A DNA stretch of 34,269 nt. Origin: Octopus bimaculoides. Its lineage: Eukaryota. Below, one piece after another: positions 1-11,029 of this stretch (positions are counted from its first letter, which is position 1; every line of letters starts with the position of its first letter). The DNA lies in contig NC_068995.1 of assembly GCF_001194135.2 (NCBI RefSeq), positions 11,053,885-11,088,153 of the forward strand, given 5' to 3'. Under the pieces are notes generated by a model. That model worked only from the letters and a program-made list of their open reading frames with translations. It ran no database searches and was not told where the DNA came from. Made by a program: the position numbers and the translations under genes.

Positions 1-445
1 GTAAGCTTTATAAAAGAACAGGTGTTGAAGGGGCTGCGGGGCAAGAACAATGCGGTTTCATTCCTTATTTCTTTTCAATATTCTTTCATTAATGCCTTTT
101 AGAAAGACATTAATGTAAACATTTGTTCGTATTTACCGTCAGCTTCTAAAATATAAAACCTAAACGTGCTTCGTTTCGTTAAAGTTTCACATTGAATGAA
201 TTATAATAACTGATTCCGTCATACTGTGCTGGGAGTTCTATTCTCGCTGACGTTTCTTGAGTTTGACATTTCGTTCGTCGGTTCGCAAAAGTAGTTGTTG
301 GTAGCAGAAATACTGTATCAATCAAAAAGTTGGTTCGATATTTATTGATCAATATCTTTGATCCTTAAAACAGGTTGTTTTGTGGGGGCGGGGGGGGGGT
401 CGAACTTCGCGTAGATTCCCACCACAAGTCTATGTAATTTTTGTA

Positions 446-503
446 AACTGTGCTCCAGCATGGCCACAGTCAAATGACTGAAACAAATAAAAGAATAAAA
501 GAA
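446..503 (+). mobile_element. 3' tail fragment of SINE family B
   Basis: GTGCTCCAGCATGGCCACAGTCAAATGACTGAAACAAATAAAAGAATA; the same tail occurs at 14830-14877, 14901-14950 (rc), 23397 (rc) and 30613 (rc). Confidence 0.75.
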
Positions 504-504
504 T

Positions 505-622
505 ATATGTATATATATAAAACTCCGTGTGAATGTGTGCATGTATGTATATAAATATGTATGTATTTATGTATGAATATAGATATGCCTGTCTATATAT
601 ATGTGTGTGTGTGTGTGTGTAG

Positions 623-661
<39 letters not shown>
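505..661. repeat. (TA)/(TG) microsatellite running into an N-gap
   Basis: Direct inspection. Confidence 0.9.
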
Positions 662-720
662 NNNNNNNNNNNNNNNNNNNNNNNNNNNNNNNNNNNNNNN
701 NNNNNNNNNNNNNNNNNNNN
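662..720. other. Assembly gap. Other gaps: 3681-4628, 8044-8418, 13954-14015, 14372-14381, 29107-29696, 32516-32573
   Basis: Runs of N, mostly flanked by microsatellites. Confidence 1.
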
Positions 721-869
721 GACATATATATTCATTGGCAGAAAGCCAGACATAGAACAGTTCTGTTCAATCGATGCTTGTACTTTATAGTGTCTGCCAC
801 ACCCGTACGATTTTTTTTTTCTTCTCAGTATAGGCACAAGACCACATATTTTTAGGAGTGGTAATGTAA

Positions 870-1015
870 TCAATGTCATCGATTCCTCTACGTGATTAGC
901 ACATATTTTATTGATCCTGAAAACAGGAAAAAAAAAAAAAAAAAAATCGAAGCCGCCGATCACGACGTGTTTCGAACTCAGAACCTAAACAAACGAAACT
1001 AAAACACTGTAAGAC
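870..1015 (-). mobile_element. Degenerate SINE family A copy
   Basis: ATTTTATTGATCCTGAAA and GAACTCAGAAC match the reverse complement of the family A body and B-box region. Confidence 0.5.
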
Positions 1016-1696
1016 GGTTTTTAAAAAATTGTCTGTCACATTATACATTTTTGTGTTTGTTTTGTTTTCTTTTTTGGTATACCACCTCCACCTTGTTTCA
1101 TCAATTAATTATAGCATGGACAGGTATTTATGGATGCTGCTATCACTTATATATAAAGACAAACTGTCTCTATCTTCATCAATACTAATTTGCGATGGTG
1201 TTCTCCACTAATAAAGGAGGAAAAAAAATAATACTAACTGGAAAGAAAGAAGGAAGAGGTTGAATGCTAAAAGGGTTTAACAAAAGAAACTGTTGTAAGC
1301 TATTGTTTGTTGTTCGCCGTGAATCTCCGTGTAATAAAATGTTTAACTGGATGTGTATAATACAACAGAGATCAAAGATTAGTACACAGTTATTGATTAG
1401 AGCCTGACCCTATTCAGACGTTGCCTTTTCTTCCTCTTATTTTATTTATTTATTCATTATCCTATCCTATCCATCCAGTTCCTTTTCTATGTATACGATT
1501 CTATAATAAATAGAGAACCGCTTTATCTTTCTCTTCGTACTTGGGTGAAATGAACCTGATATCAAACGTATATTGCCTTATGACCAGCTGTATATAATAA
1601 TAATAATAGTAATATTGTATGTAAAGTATCTGATCGCGTCAGTCAGGAAGGCTTGTCGATTATCGACCTGACGTCTGATGATGATAATAATAACAA

Positions 1697-1900
1697 TGGT
1701 TTCGAATTTTGCCACAAGGGCAGCATTTTGTAGGGAGGGGATGAGTCGATTACATCAACCCTAGTCTTCAACTGGCACTTAATCGACCCCGAAAGGATAA
1801 AAGGCAAAGTCGACCTGGGCGGAATTTGAACTCAGAACGTCGTGACGGGCGAAAATACCGCTAAGCATTTCGTCCAGCGTGCTAACGATTCTACCGGCTT
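1697..1900 (-). mobile_element. tRNA-derived SINE family A, full length
   Basis: The reverse complement has an A-box-like GGTAGAATCGTTAG, a B-box GAGTTCAAATTCC, the body GTCGACTTTGCCTTT-ATCCTTTCGGGGTCGAT and the tail CCTTGTGGCAAAATTCGAAACC. Confidence 0.9.
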
Positions 1901-1937
1901 AATAATACTACTACTAATAATAATGATTATTATTATT

Positions 1938-2146
1938 AAGGCGGTGTGCTGGCAGAATCGTTAGTACGCCGGACAAAGTGTTTAGCGGCATTTCTTCGGC
2001 CTTATGTTCTGAGCTCAAACTCCGCTGCGGTCGACTTTGCCTTTCATCCTTTCGTGGACGATGAGTACCAGTTAAACACTGAGGTCGATGCAATCGACTA
2101 GGCTCTTCCCCGGCAAATTCTAGGCCTTGTGCCAATAGTAGAAAGG
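1938..2146 (+). mobile_element. SINE family A, full length
   Basis: AAGGCGGTGTGCTGGCAGAATCGTTAG...GTCGACTTTGCCTTTCATCCTTTCG...GGCCTTGTGCCAATAGTAGAAAGG. Confidence 0.9.
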
Positions 2147-2280
2147 TGGTAAGCTGGCAGAATCGTTAGCGCTTCAGACAAAATGTTCAGCGGTATTTCT
2201 TCCGTTTTTACGTTCTGAGTTCAAATATAGCTTGATTTAAGCTTTCATACTCTTGGAGTCAATAAAATAAAATACCAGTT
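2147..2280 (+). mobile_element. SINE family A, 3'-truncated
   Basis: GCTGGCAGAATCGTTAG, CGTTCTGAGTTCAAAT and TAAAATACCAGTT. Confidence 0.8.
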
Positions 2281-2334
2281 GTATCTCAAATGGATGGCCT
2301 TGTATCACAATTTGAGAGAATTATTATCATTCAC

Positions 2335-2500
2335 GTGGCAAGCTCGTAGAATCGTTATCGCGTGGGGGAAAATGCTTAGCGGTATTATTCTTTTTCTCCT
2401 GCTCTTTGTGTTGAGTTCAAATTTCGCCGGGGTATACTTTGCTTTCTATCCTTTCGGGGTTGCGATAAAATAAATGCAAGTCAAGTACAGGGGTCAATGC
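2335..2500 (+). mobile_element. SINE family A, degenerate
   Basis: GTAGAATCGTTA, AAATGCTTAGCGGTATT, GAGTTCAAATTTCGCC and ATCCTTTCGGGG. Confidence 0.8.
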
Positions 2501-3358
2501 AAGCAGCTTTCTCCCATCCAAATTCGAAACAGTTTTTGTAACTTATTTTTGTAAACTCCTAATCGTGTTTTCAGTTCAAGTCTCTCCATAGCTAAACTTC
2601 CATAACTAACTCTCCCCTCTCTCTCTTCTCTGTGGCCGTAAGTTTTCGCCCAAGTGCAAAAATTTCCAACATGCTTCCAACTGCATATTTCACACAGGGA
2701 ATCTTAATAAATCGTGCGGTCTTCGGTTGAATTATTCAACGCAAAAATGCAAATTTTTCCTAACTAAATGCAACAGATGATATTCAATGTCGAACGAAAC
2801 GCTAATAATTTTCATCTTAGACATCATTATATGTTAATTGTGAGTCTATCAGATATACAATGGAGTTTATTATAGATTCAGTTTCTACATCTCACTTCAT
2901 TAGCAATTGTATTTGTTTAAGGCGGGTTAGAAAAATAAATAAAATGATTGCAATATTTGTTTTATATCCCTTAGGCGTCTGCAAATCTTTCGTAGATGAA
3001 AGCAACAACGAACAAAAATTGCAATTGAACGAAAGAAGAGATTAAAAAGACGTAAAAATTTAATTCAGTTATTCCAAGGCAATTAGAAAGAAAAGCCGTG
3101 AGCTTCTTATCTTAGCTCTGGATATTTTGAATAGTTTTAAAAATTTCTACATTGTGAATTTTTACATTGTTTTCACCAAATGTTTTTCCAACTCTGTATG
3201 TATATATAAACACATAAACATACATAATAACTATACACACAGGCACGCGCGCGTTCATACATTAAACATTCACGCATGCACAAACATACAAACACGTTTA
3301 ATGTTATTCTTGTAAATCTATCACATTTTTCTATTACAAATAATGCAGGTAGTAGCGT

Positions 3359-3395
3359 TTCTTCTTCTTCTTCTTCTTCTTCTTCTTCTTCTTCT
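3359..3395. repeat. (CTT)n microsatellite
   Basis: Direct inspection. Confidence 0.9.
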
Positions 3396-5489
3396 ATTCC
3401 TCATTTATTTCTGTCAATATTTGAAATGTGGGAATTGTTTTAAGAAAAAACAACAAAAAAAACAACAACCCAATTCCCCCCCCCCCGCAATAAGTAACCA
3501 GTAAGTCAAAAAAACTATGTCACCGAATGTCTTATTTGTACATCTGAATTGTGGCGCAGCTTCCGCATCTAGAATCGTCTTCTTCTCGATCTTAGTGATT
3601 GGTGACAAAAATAAATAGATAAATAAATAAATAAATGGCAATATTTTAAAATTCACTGAACAGTAATGAAAAACTAATAANNNNNNNNNNNNNNNNNNNN
3701 NNNNNNNNNNNNNNNNNNNNNNNNNNNNNNNNNNNNNNNNNNNNNNNNNNNNNNNNNNNNNNNNNNNNNNNNNNNNNNNNNNNNNNNNNNNNNNNNNNNN
3801 NNNNNNNNNNNNNNNNNNNNNNNNNNNNNNNNNNNNNNNNNNNNNNNNNNNNNNNNNNNNNNNNNNNNNNNNNNNNNNNNNNNNNNNNNNNNNNNNNNNN
3901 NNNNNNNNNNNNNNNNNNNNNNNNNNNNNNNNNNNNNNNNNNNNNNNNNNNNNNNNNNNNNNNNNNNNNNNNNNNNNNNNNNNNNNNNNNNNNNNNNNNN
4001 NNNNNNNNNNNNNNNNNNNNNNNNNNNNNNNNNNNNNNNNNNNNNNNNNNNNNNNNNNNNNNNNNNNNNNNNNNNNNNNNNNNNNNNNNNNNNNNNNNNN
4101 NNNNNNNNNNNNNNNNNNNNNNNNNNNNNNNNNNNNNNNNNNNNNNNNNNNNNNNNNNNNNNNNNNNNNNNNNNNNNNNNNNNNNNNNNNNNNNNNNNNN
4201 NNNNNNNNNNNNNNNNNNNNNNNNNNNNNNNNNNNNNNNNNNNNNNNNNNNNNNNNNNNNNNNNNNNNNNNNNNNNNNNNNNNNNNNNNNNNNNNNNNNN
4301 NNNNNNNNNNNNNNNNNNNNNNNNNNNNNNNNNNNNNNNNNNNNNNNNNNNNNNNNNNNNNNNNNNNNNNNNNNNNNNNNNNNNNNNNNNNNNNNNNNNN
4401 NNNNNNNNNNNNNNNNNNNNNNNNNNNNNNNNNNNNNNNNNNNNNNNNNNNNNNNNNNNNNNNNNNNNNNNNNNNNNNNNNNNNNNNNNNNNNNNNNNNN
4501 NNNNNNNNNNNNNNNNNNNNNNNNNNNNNNNNNNNNNNNNNNNNNNNNNNNNNNNNNNNNNNNNNNNNNNNNNNNNNNNNNNNNNNNNNNNNNNNNNNNN
4601 NNNNNNNNNNNNNNNNNNNNNNNNNNNNATATATATATATATATATAGACACTCCCTTACAACAGCTACGAAAAAAATGTAAAACAAAGCATATACCCCG
4701 TGAAACTGTGATATTTTACAGCATAAGATATAAGGTTCATTTATATTGTTTGGATTACAATATCAATAATAGATGTAATTTACATAAAAGAAAGAATGAA
4801 GATAACAGGATTAAAGTTAAACAAAGGGTGAGAAATGAGATAAAAAAAAAACGTCGATAGAGCCATCAATACGTTTTCCCTTTGATTCTGCATTAAGACT
4901 CCATGTTTCAAGGGTCACGTGATATTGTAGTATAGCCGGTGGACGATGTGGTGGTTTTGTTTGTATGTTTCTTTTTTCCATTGTTTTATTTATTTATTTA
5001 TTTATTTTTTGTATTTCGTTTTTGCCTTTCCCAAAGATAATTGATTGGTTACTCTGCCTGCCTCTCTCGCAATGTGACTGCCATGCATTAAACTGCACGT
5101 GACCAATAACGAGTGCAGTGATGCACACCGCTAATAAAACTTGTAGAGATATGCACAGGCATACTGCTTAATAATAAGTATAGAGGAACAAACAACATTT
5201 GCGCTCCGATAGTGCTTTTAATTTTTTTCTAGTGTTTTTATTTTTTCTTCTGACTTGGCTGTCTCCGCTGTAGTTTACTCCGATTACCATAATCCATGTT
5301 GCGAGCCTATTGCTGGTCGTTTGAGATGTTAGAAATAGTAGTTAAATCTCTCTGAAACCATGACTTATCGTCTCTCTCCCACACACACTCGCTTTCATTC
5401 TAAACATGAACAGCATGCTAGAAATAACAAATGCCCAATCTGACCATCACTAGAGATTTCTCTGGGCGAACAAACACACCTAGCACTGC

Positions 5490-5812
5490 AAAGAGTTGTA
5501 TACATACATACATACTTACATGCAAAAGTGCATATATGCACACGTACAAACATTCATATATCAATACATATATATGCATACACGGACATGCTCATACATG
5601 CACTCATAATTACATACAAACATGCACAGATATACATACATGCACACGTACATATATGTATTCGTACATATATCCGTACTTATGCATACATGTACACGTA
5701 CATACATGTATTCATGGATACATATACACATGAGCATCTGTTTAGATACGTACATACATGCACACTTACATATATGTGTTCATTCATTCATTCATTCATG
5801 CATGCATGCCTA
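5490..5812. repeat. Degenerate (CATA)/(CA)/(TA) satellite
   Basis: Direct inspection; it explains the H/T/Y/I-rich ORFs here. Confidence 0.85.
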
Positions 5813-5820
5813 CATGAATA

Positions 5821-5895
5821 CTTTCTTTCCTCTGTCCACTGTTTTCTTCCCTCGTTTGTTCTTCACGAAGGCCATAGACTCGAAAAGTCAAAGAC
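5821..5895 (+). mobile_element. Penelope-like terminal fragment with a decayed minimal hammerhead motif
   Basis: ...CACGAAGGCCATAGACTCGAAAAGTCAAAGAC, homologous to the inverted copy at 6094-6172; resembles the CTGANGA-stem-GAAACGTC tail of Penelope-like elements. Confidence 0.5.
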
Positions 5896-6093
5896 AATTC
5901 CATTTTTCTTGAGCGTCAAACTGATACAGATTGCTTGTTGGTCTCTTCATCTGACTTTGTCTTCTGGTTTTGTACTGTTTTGAACATTATATATATATGA
6001 TTGGCCATGATAGATTGGAAAGAAAACGGAAAAAAAAACTGTCAGGATTAACGTGCATGCGTGTGCGTGCGTGTGCGCGCTTGTATATGGATG

Positions 6094-6172
6094 TAAGTGT
6101 CTCTGACGTTTCGAGCCCATGGCCTTCGTAAAAAAGAAACGAGGGACGAAAACAGTGAAGAGAAGAAAGAAA
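6094..6172 (-). mobile_element. Penelope-like terminal fragment with a decayed minimal hammerhead motif
   Basis: The reverse complement reads ...TTTACGAAGGCCATGGGCTCGAAACGTCAGAGAC. Confidence 0.55.
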
Positions 6173-6221
6173 ACGGAAAAAAAAGCCTGTCAGGATTAAC
6201 GTGTGTATGCGTGTGCGCGCA

Positions 6222-6589
6222 TGTATATGGATGTATATATGTGTATATATGTATATATATATATGTATGTATGTATATGTATATGTGTATATATATGTAT
6301 ATATTTGTACATATGTATGTATATATATGTATATATTTGTATATATATATGTATGTAAATATATGTAGATATATGCATGTATGTATATGTATGTATGTAT
6401 ATATATGTATGTATATGTACGTATGTATATATATGTATGTATGTATATGTATGTATACATATATATACACAAATATATATACAATGTCGATTAATTAAAG
6501 TTATCGTATTTACCACATTAATGCGTTAACGACTCACTTTGCTACATGAAAAGCCCTTGTAGATACACGAGAATGTGTTACTAGCTATG

Positions 6590-6675
<86 letters not shown>

Positions 6676-6685
6676 CATATATAAA
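6222..6685. repeat. (TATG)/(TA)n microsatellite blocks
   Basis: Degenerate TATG at 6222-6482 and pure (TA)n at about 6590-6685. Confidence 0.9.
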
Positions 6686-7005
6686 TATTGTATTGTATCC
6701 ATTGCATGCACTCAAGAGCCGTTTGTTCCCGCTTCCACTGCATTCACCTTTTTTGTTTTTCCCCTTTTATAAAGGGGCTGGGTTAGACAGCATCTTCCTT
6801 CTTTTCCCCTTCACCCTACTTATTCCTAACAACAATCATTGATTTATCTTATCCGAGAAGCAGCTCTTATGTTTTTGTTATTTGGTTCTGTTTATTTATT
6901 ATTTTTTTCCCTTGTCCTACTTAACTCCCTAGTTTATTCGCTACATCAAGCTGGCTCGACTTATGAATGAATGAATGAATCTGTCTCATTCTCTCGCCTC
7001 TCTGC

Positions 7006-7081
<76 letters not shown>

Positions 7082-7118
7082 GTCTGTCTGTCTGTCTACC
7101 TATCTATCTGTGCGTTTG

Positions 7119-7151
<33 letters not shown>

Positions 7152-7158
7152 TTATCTA

Positions 7159-7195
<37 letters not shown>

Positions 7196-7202
7196 GCGTT
7201 TG

Positions 7203-7272
<70 letters not shown>

Positions 7273-7810
7273 CATCCATCCATTTGTCTGTCTGTCCCTT
7301 TGCCTGTCTGTGTGTCTGTCTGTCCATTTCTGTATATATCCGTCTGCCCGTCTGTCTGTCTGTCTGCCCGTCTGTCTGTCTGTCTTCCCGTCTGTCTGTC
7401 TGTCTGCCCGTCTGTCTGTCTGTCTGCCCGTCTGTCTGTCTGTCTGCCCGTCTGTCTATCCGTCTGACTATGTATGCGCCTTCTCCCATCTATCGCTCTA
7501 TCGATCTCTCCCCTTGTCTTTCCCCATCTATATTCCCTATATTGTTAGTCTTCATTCTTCTCTGCCACCATCCATCGTCTATGAATCTATCTATCTATCT
7601 ATCTATGTCGCCTTTCTTCATCCATCCGTCCTTCCATATCTCCGTCCGCTCGTCTTTCTGCCCTCCCCCCGCTCCCCACCGTCTATCTCTTACTCTATTT
7701 GCCTTTCGTCTCTCCCACTTCAATCACTGTATCGATCTGCCCCTTACCTTTCTCCACTTATCAATACTCTCTCTCAGGTTTATTAATTTCTCCCTCCCTC
7801 TCGCCATTCT

Positions 7811-7866
<56 letters not shown>
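7006..7866. repeat. (TCTA)n/(TCTG)n tetranucleotide array with degenerate pyrimidine-rich spacers
   Basis: Direct inspection; it produces the SIYL/CLSV ORFs. Confidence 0.95.
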
Positions 7867-7870
<4 letters not shown>

Positions 7871-8418
7871 ATTTTAACACATATCCATTTAGATATGGGA
7901 CCTAACAAATTATATTTAGACATACAAAATCAATCGGGGTTGTTTCGTTTGAAATAATTCTATTTTAGATAAAATCTCTTCTTTTTAGATTTCGAAATAT
8001 TATACATAAATAGATGCACCCCACCACCTTTCGATATGTGTAANNNNNNNNNNNNNNNNNNNNNNNNNNNNNNNNNNNNNNNNNNNNNNNNNNNNNNNNN
8101 NNNNNNNNNNNNNNNNNNNNNNNNNNNNNNNNNNNNNNNNNNNNNNNNNNNNNNNNNNNNNNNNNNNNNNNNNNNNNNNNNNNNNNNNNNNNNNNNNNNN
8201 NNNNNNNNNNNNNNNNNNNNNNNNNNNNNNNNNNNNNNNNNNNNNNNNNNNNNNNNNNNNNNNNNNNNNNNNNNNNNNNNNNNNNNNNNNNNNNNNNNNN
8301 NNNNNNNNNNNNNNNNNNNNNNNNNNNNNNNNNNNNNNNNNNNNNNNNNNNNNNNNNNNNNNNNNNNNNNNNNNNNNNNNNNNNNNNNNNNNNNNNNNNN
8401 NNNNNNNNNNNNNNNNNN

Positions 8419-8450
<32 letters not shown>

Positions 8451-8521
8451 GTGCAAACTTTCGGTAGTGGTAGACGACGTCTGATGACATAAAAAAAGGC
8501 TACTCTTGAAAAGAGGGCGAA

Positions 8522-8578
8522 TGACGTCACCTCACACCGTCACTCTAGCCCAACACCAAAGGAACACCTATATATAAA
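8522..8578 (+). promoter_or_regulatory. Candidate CRE plus TATA module
   Basis: TGACGTCA at 8522-8529, half-site CGTCA near 8538, TATATAAA at 8571-8578 and a downstream GTAAGT at 8717. Confidence 0.2.
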
Positions 8579-9106
8579 CACTCCCACACACAACCAGAAA
8601 TGACTTTGACGAAAGTAACATTAATTCTTTATGTCGTTCAATTTTTCTCAACCGATCAATGGACCGAATGAGTAAACCTATCAATAATGAACCTATAAAC
8701 ACTACTGGAAAGAACTGTAAGTTAAGTTTATTACAATAAAGAAATATGGAATGACCATCATTTATGCCTTGTCCATGGATACGACGGAATGTACTGTAAT
8801 CAGCTCAGGAATACGGACTATGCTCGTAAGAAACATGTGATTTGTGGAAACGCGCGTAGCGATGCATTAAAGAATATATGAATTTCATCCATGCATTATT
8901 ATTATTACAGATAGTAATATAAAAGTCGGGATGCGTGGCGTTCGGTTACTCAATAAATGAAAAATGCATTAAATGCTACAAAACGTACACGTAGGACAAA
9001 TACAGAAGAACCGTAATTCTTCTTCAGTTACCGACCAGAAAATACTAATACTCAGTTTCGTGCCTTTAACGATAAGCTTGAGAACTTTATGTATGTAATG
9101 TATATA

Positions 9107-9265
9107 GCACGGGCATGGTTGTGTGCTTAAGAAACTCGCTTTGCAACTACATAGTTTTGGGTTCAATACCAGTACGCGCTACCCTGGGCAAGTATCTTCG
9201 ACTATATTCGACCAGTGCCTTATGAAAGAAATTGGTTGAGAGGGAAACTTTGTTGAAGCCCATCT

Positions 9266-9298
<33 letters not shown>

Positions 9299-9352
9299 TT
9301 GTATTTGTGCTTCTCCTTACCTTCCACTATATGACAACCGCTGTTGGTTTGC
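9107..9352 (+). mobile_element. SINE family B (CORE-type), degenerate and 3'-truncated
   Basis: tRNA-like head with GGGTTCAATACC, the CORE-like motif ACCCTGGGCAAGT, then (TA)/(TG) and ACAACCGCTGTTGGTTT. Confidence 0.8.
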
Positions 9353-9851
9353 CTAAATATTTGCAACGCTATTTTCTAGAGTTATAAGTTTAATCAGGCA
9401 TCTACCTAATTATGTTGATTTTAGTATCCTTTCGTATTTTTTGGGTGTTGTTGAAGAATAGAAAGCCATACGGGAAAACTGACTTTAATTTACTTACGCC
9501 GTTTGGGCGTAACTGCAGAAGTGTTCCTCTTCGCCCACCAATTTCGTCTCCTCCTAACTTTCAGAAAAATGGGTTTTTAATAATGAAATTTCCTACAAAT
9601 ACCTTTCAGATGCTGTAGATTACGATTATATCGTAATTTAACGTGAAAAAAAGAAAAAGAAAGGGGGAAGGTGATGTTTCACGTATCTCGACTTTGTTTC
9701 CTTTACACATGTTGATAATTTCATTGCAGTTATCATTTCTTATGTTGGAAAAAAACAAAAACAAAAAAAACAACACAATATTGAGGACTATTCCACCCTT
9801 TCCCGAAATTAACAACATCACAAGTAGCAACGAAAGAGGATTTTAGAATAA

Positions 9852-9909
9852 GCCTTTCATCATCTTTGCCTTTCATTCTTTCGGGGGGTCGATAAAATAA
9901 AGTACCAGT
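9852..9909 (+). mobile_element. SINE family A body fragment
   Basis: TTTGCCTTTCATTCTTTCGGGGGGTCGATAAAATAAAGTACCAG. Confidence 0.7.
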
Positions 9910-10555
9910 GAAGATCGGAGCCGATCAAATGTAGATCGGAGGCCGATATTATCTCCTTGCCTCCTCCTTTCAAAACAGCTTGGCATTGCGCCAAAATTTG
10001 AAAGAGCTATGTAATCCACTGTCCTCGTTTGAGGACAGTGGTATTTAGTTTATTTACTGCAATAAAAGTTAACTAGATGCTTCCGTATGTGTGTTATCCC
10101 TATTTATATAACTATCTTCAAAATTTCGACAGGGTTAAACTGGATTAACATGGGTTAATGTAGTATCTTATTGTTTCCGTCAATAACTCACTTCATTTTC
10201 ACTCTAAAGAAATATTTCTACCAATCAGTGCTTCTTAAAATATCTTACTCTTGGCTGCACTTCCGAAATAACAAAAAAACAAAAAAAAACATTCCTCCGC
10301 GTCACTGGAAATATTTTATTGATAAGGAATATATTAATAAATGCATAACTAAAATCAAGTCGATATAAAGAAACCTAACTCCAAACGGTACTTCATGTAT
10401 AACACAAAAATACAGCCACTTTAAACTTTGTATAAATATAAACATTTTAATAGCCTTCTTCAGTTACTGTTACATTCAAAATATATTAATATATTCAAGA
10501 ATAAATTAAACGGATCTTGCTGTAACAGAGGTTTTAAAATTCACTGCAGCGAGAC

Positions 10556-10739
10556 TAGTGGTGGATTTAGGCATAGACTTAAGCTACAGATTAAGGGCCT
10601 CTAAATTCACAAGGGCTTCGATATAATTAAGACTAATGTGTTTTCAATGTCTGTGTGGCCTTGTGGGGCGGATTTGTTTACAAGCGGTCTCCAGGTTTTA
10701 CACAGTTTACGGCTTTGCTTAAGTCTAAATCCAGCACTG
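10556..10739. mobile_element. Putative hAT-like MITE (184 bp)
   Basis: Terminal inverted repeats TAGTGGTGGATTTAG and (rc) CAGTGCTGGATTTAG match at 13/15, and both continue with ACTTAAGC. The flanks agcGAGAC and tagGAGAC could be a decayed 8-bp TSD. Confidence 0.55.
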
Positions 10740-11029
10740 TAGGAGACCATTTCAATTTATGCAATGGAGTAGAAGTCACCAGGGAAACAAAGATGATGTG
10801 AAGATGGGAAGATTCAAGGACAGTCGTGTCTACTTTCTTATATACATCAGCGAAAGGCACACACACATCTGTACATGTACATATGTATGTGTGTGTGTAC
10901 ATGTGTACACCCATACACAAACACACACATATGTATGTATGCACATACATAGTGTTAACTTTCGTTGTAAGCATGCAAACATGTCAAATGTACTATTTCT
11001 CCTTTGGTTGAAAAAAAACAAAAAAACTA

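Noticed and set aside
2575-2637. Plus-strand segment with a strong acceptor (gtgttttcag|) and donor (|gtaagt)
   Set aside because: It has stops in all three frames. It shows that good splice-site pairs occur by chance here, so the exon confidences were kept low.
3505-3590. Minus-strand open stretch IEKKTILDAEAAPQFRCTNKTF
   Set aside because: Weak donor and no recognisable homology.
430-8530. Long I/Y/H/T, SIYL and poly-X ORFs in the supplied track (the same applies at 13651-14347, 18731-18990, 24384-24823, 27459-28412 and 34012-34268)
   Set aside because: They are translations of microsatellites or N-gaps and are open in several frames on both strands.
8481-8530. CTGATGA followed by a hairpin and CGAA (also CTGATGA...GAAA at 22768)
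   Set aside because: Stem II does not stack on the core, and GAAA or the stem I/III pairing is missing, so these are not hammerheads.
8735-8880. Open frame WNDHHLCLVHGYDGMYCNQ...VICG, faintly like a C-type lectin tail
   Set aside because: The cysteine spacing is wrong, the acceptor is weak and there is no upstream domain.
10678-10760. LDLDLSKAVNCV, resembling the reverse-transcriptase LDxSKAFD motif
   Set aside because: It overlaps the TIR of the 10556-10739 element and there is no other RT motif nearby.
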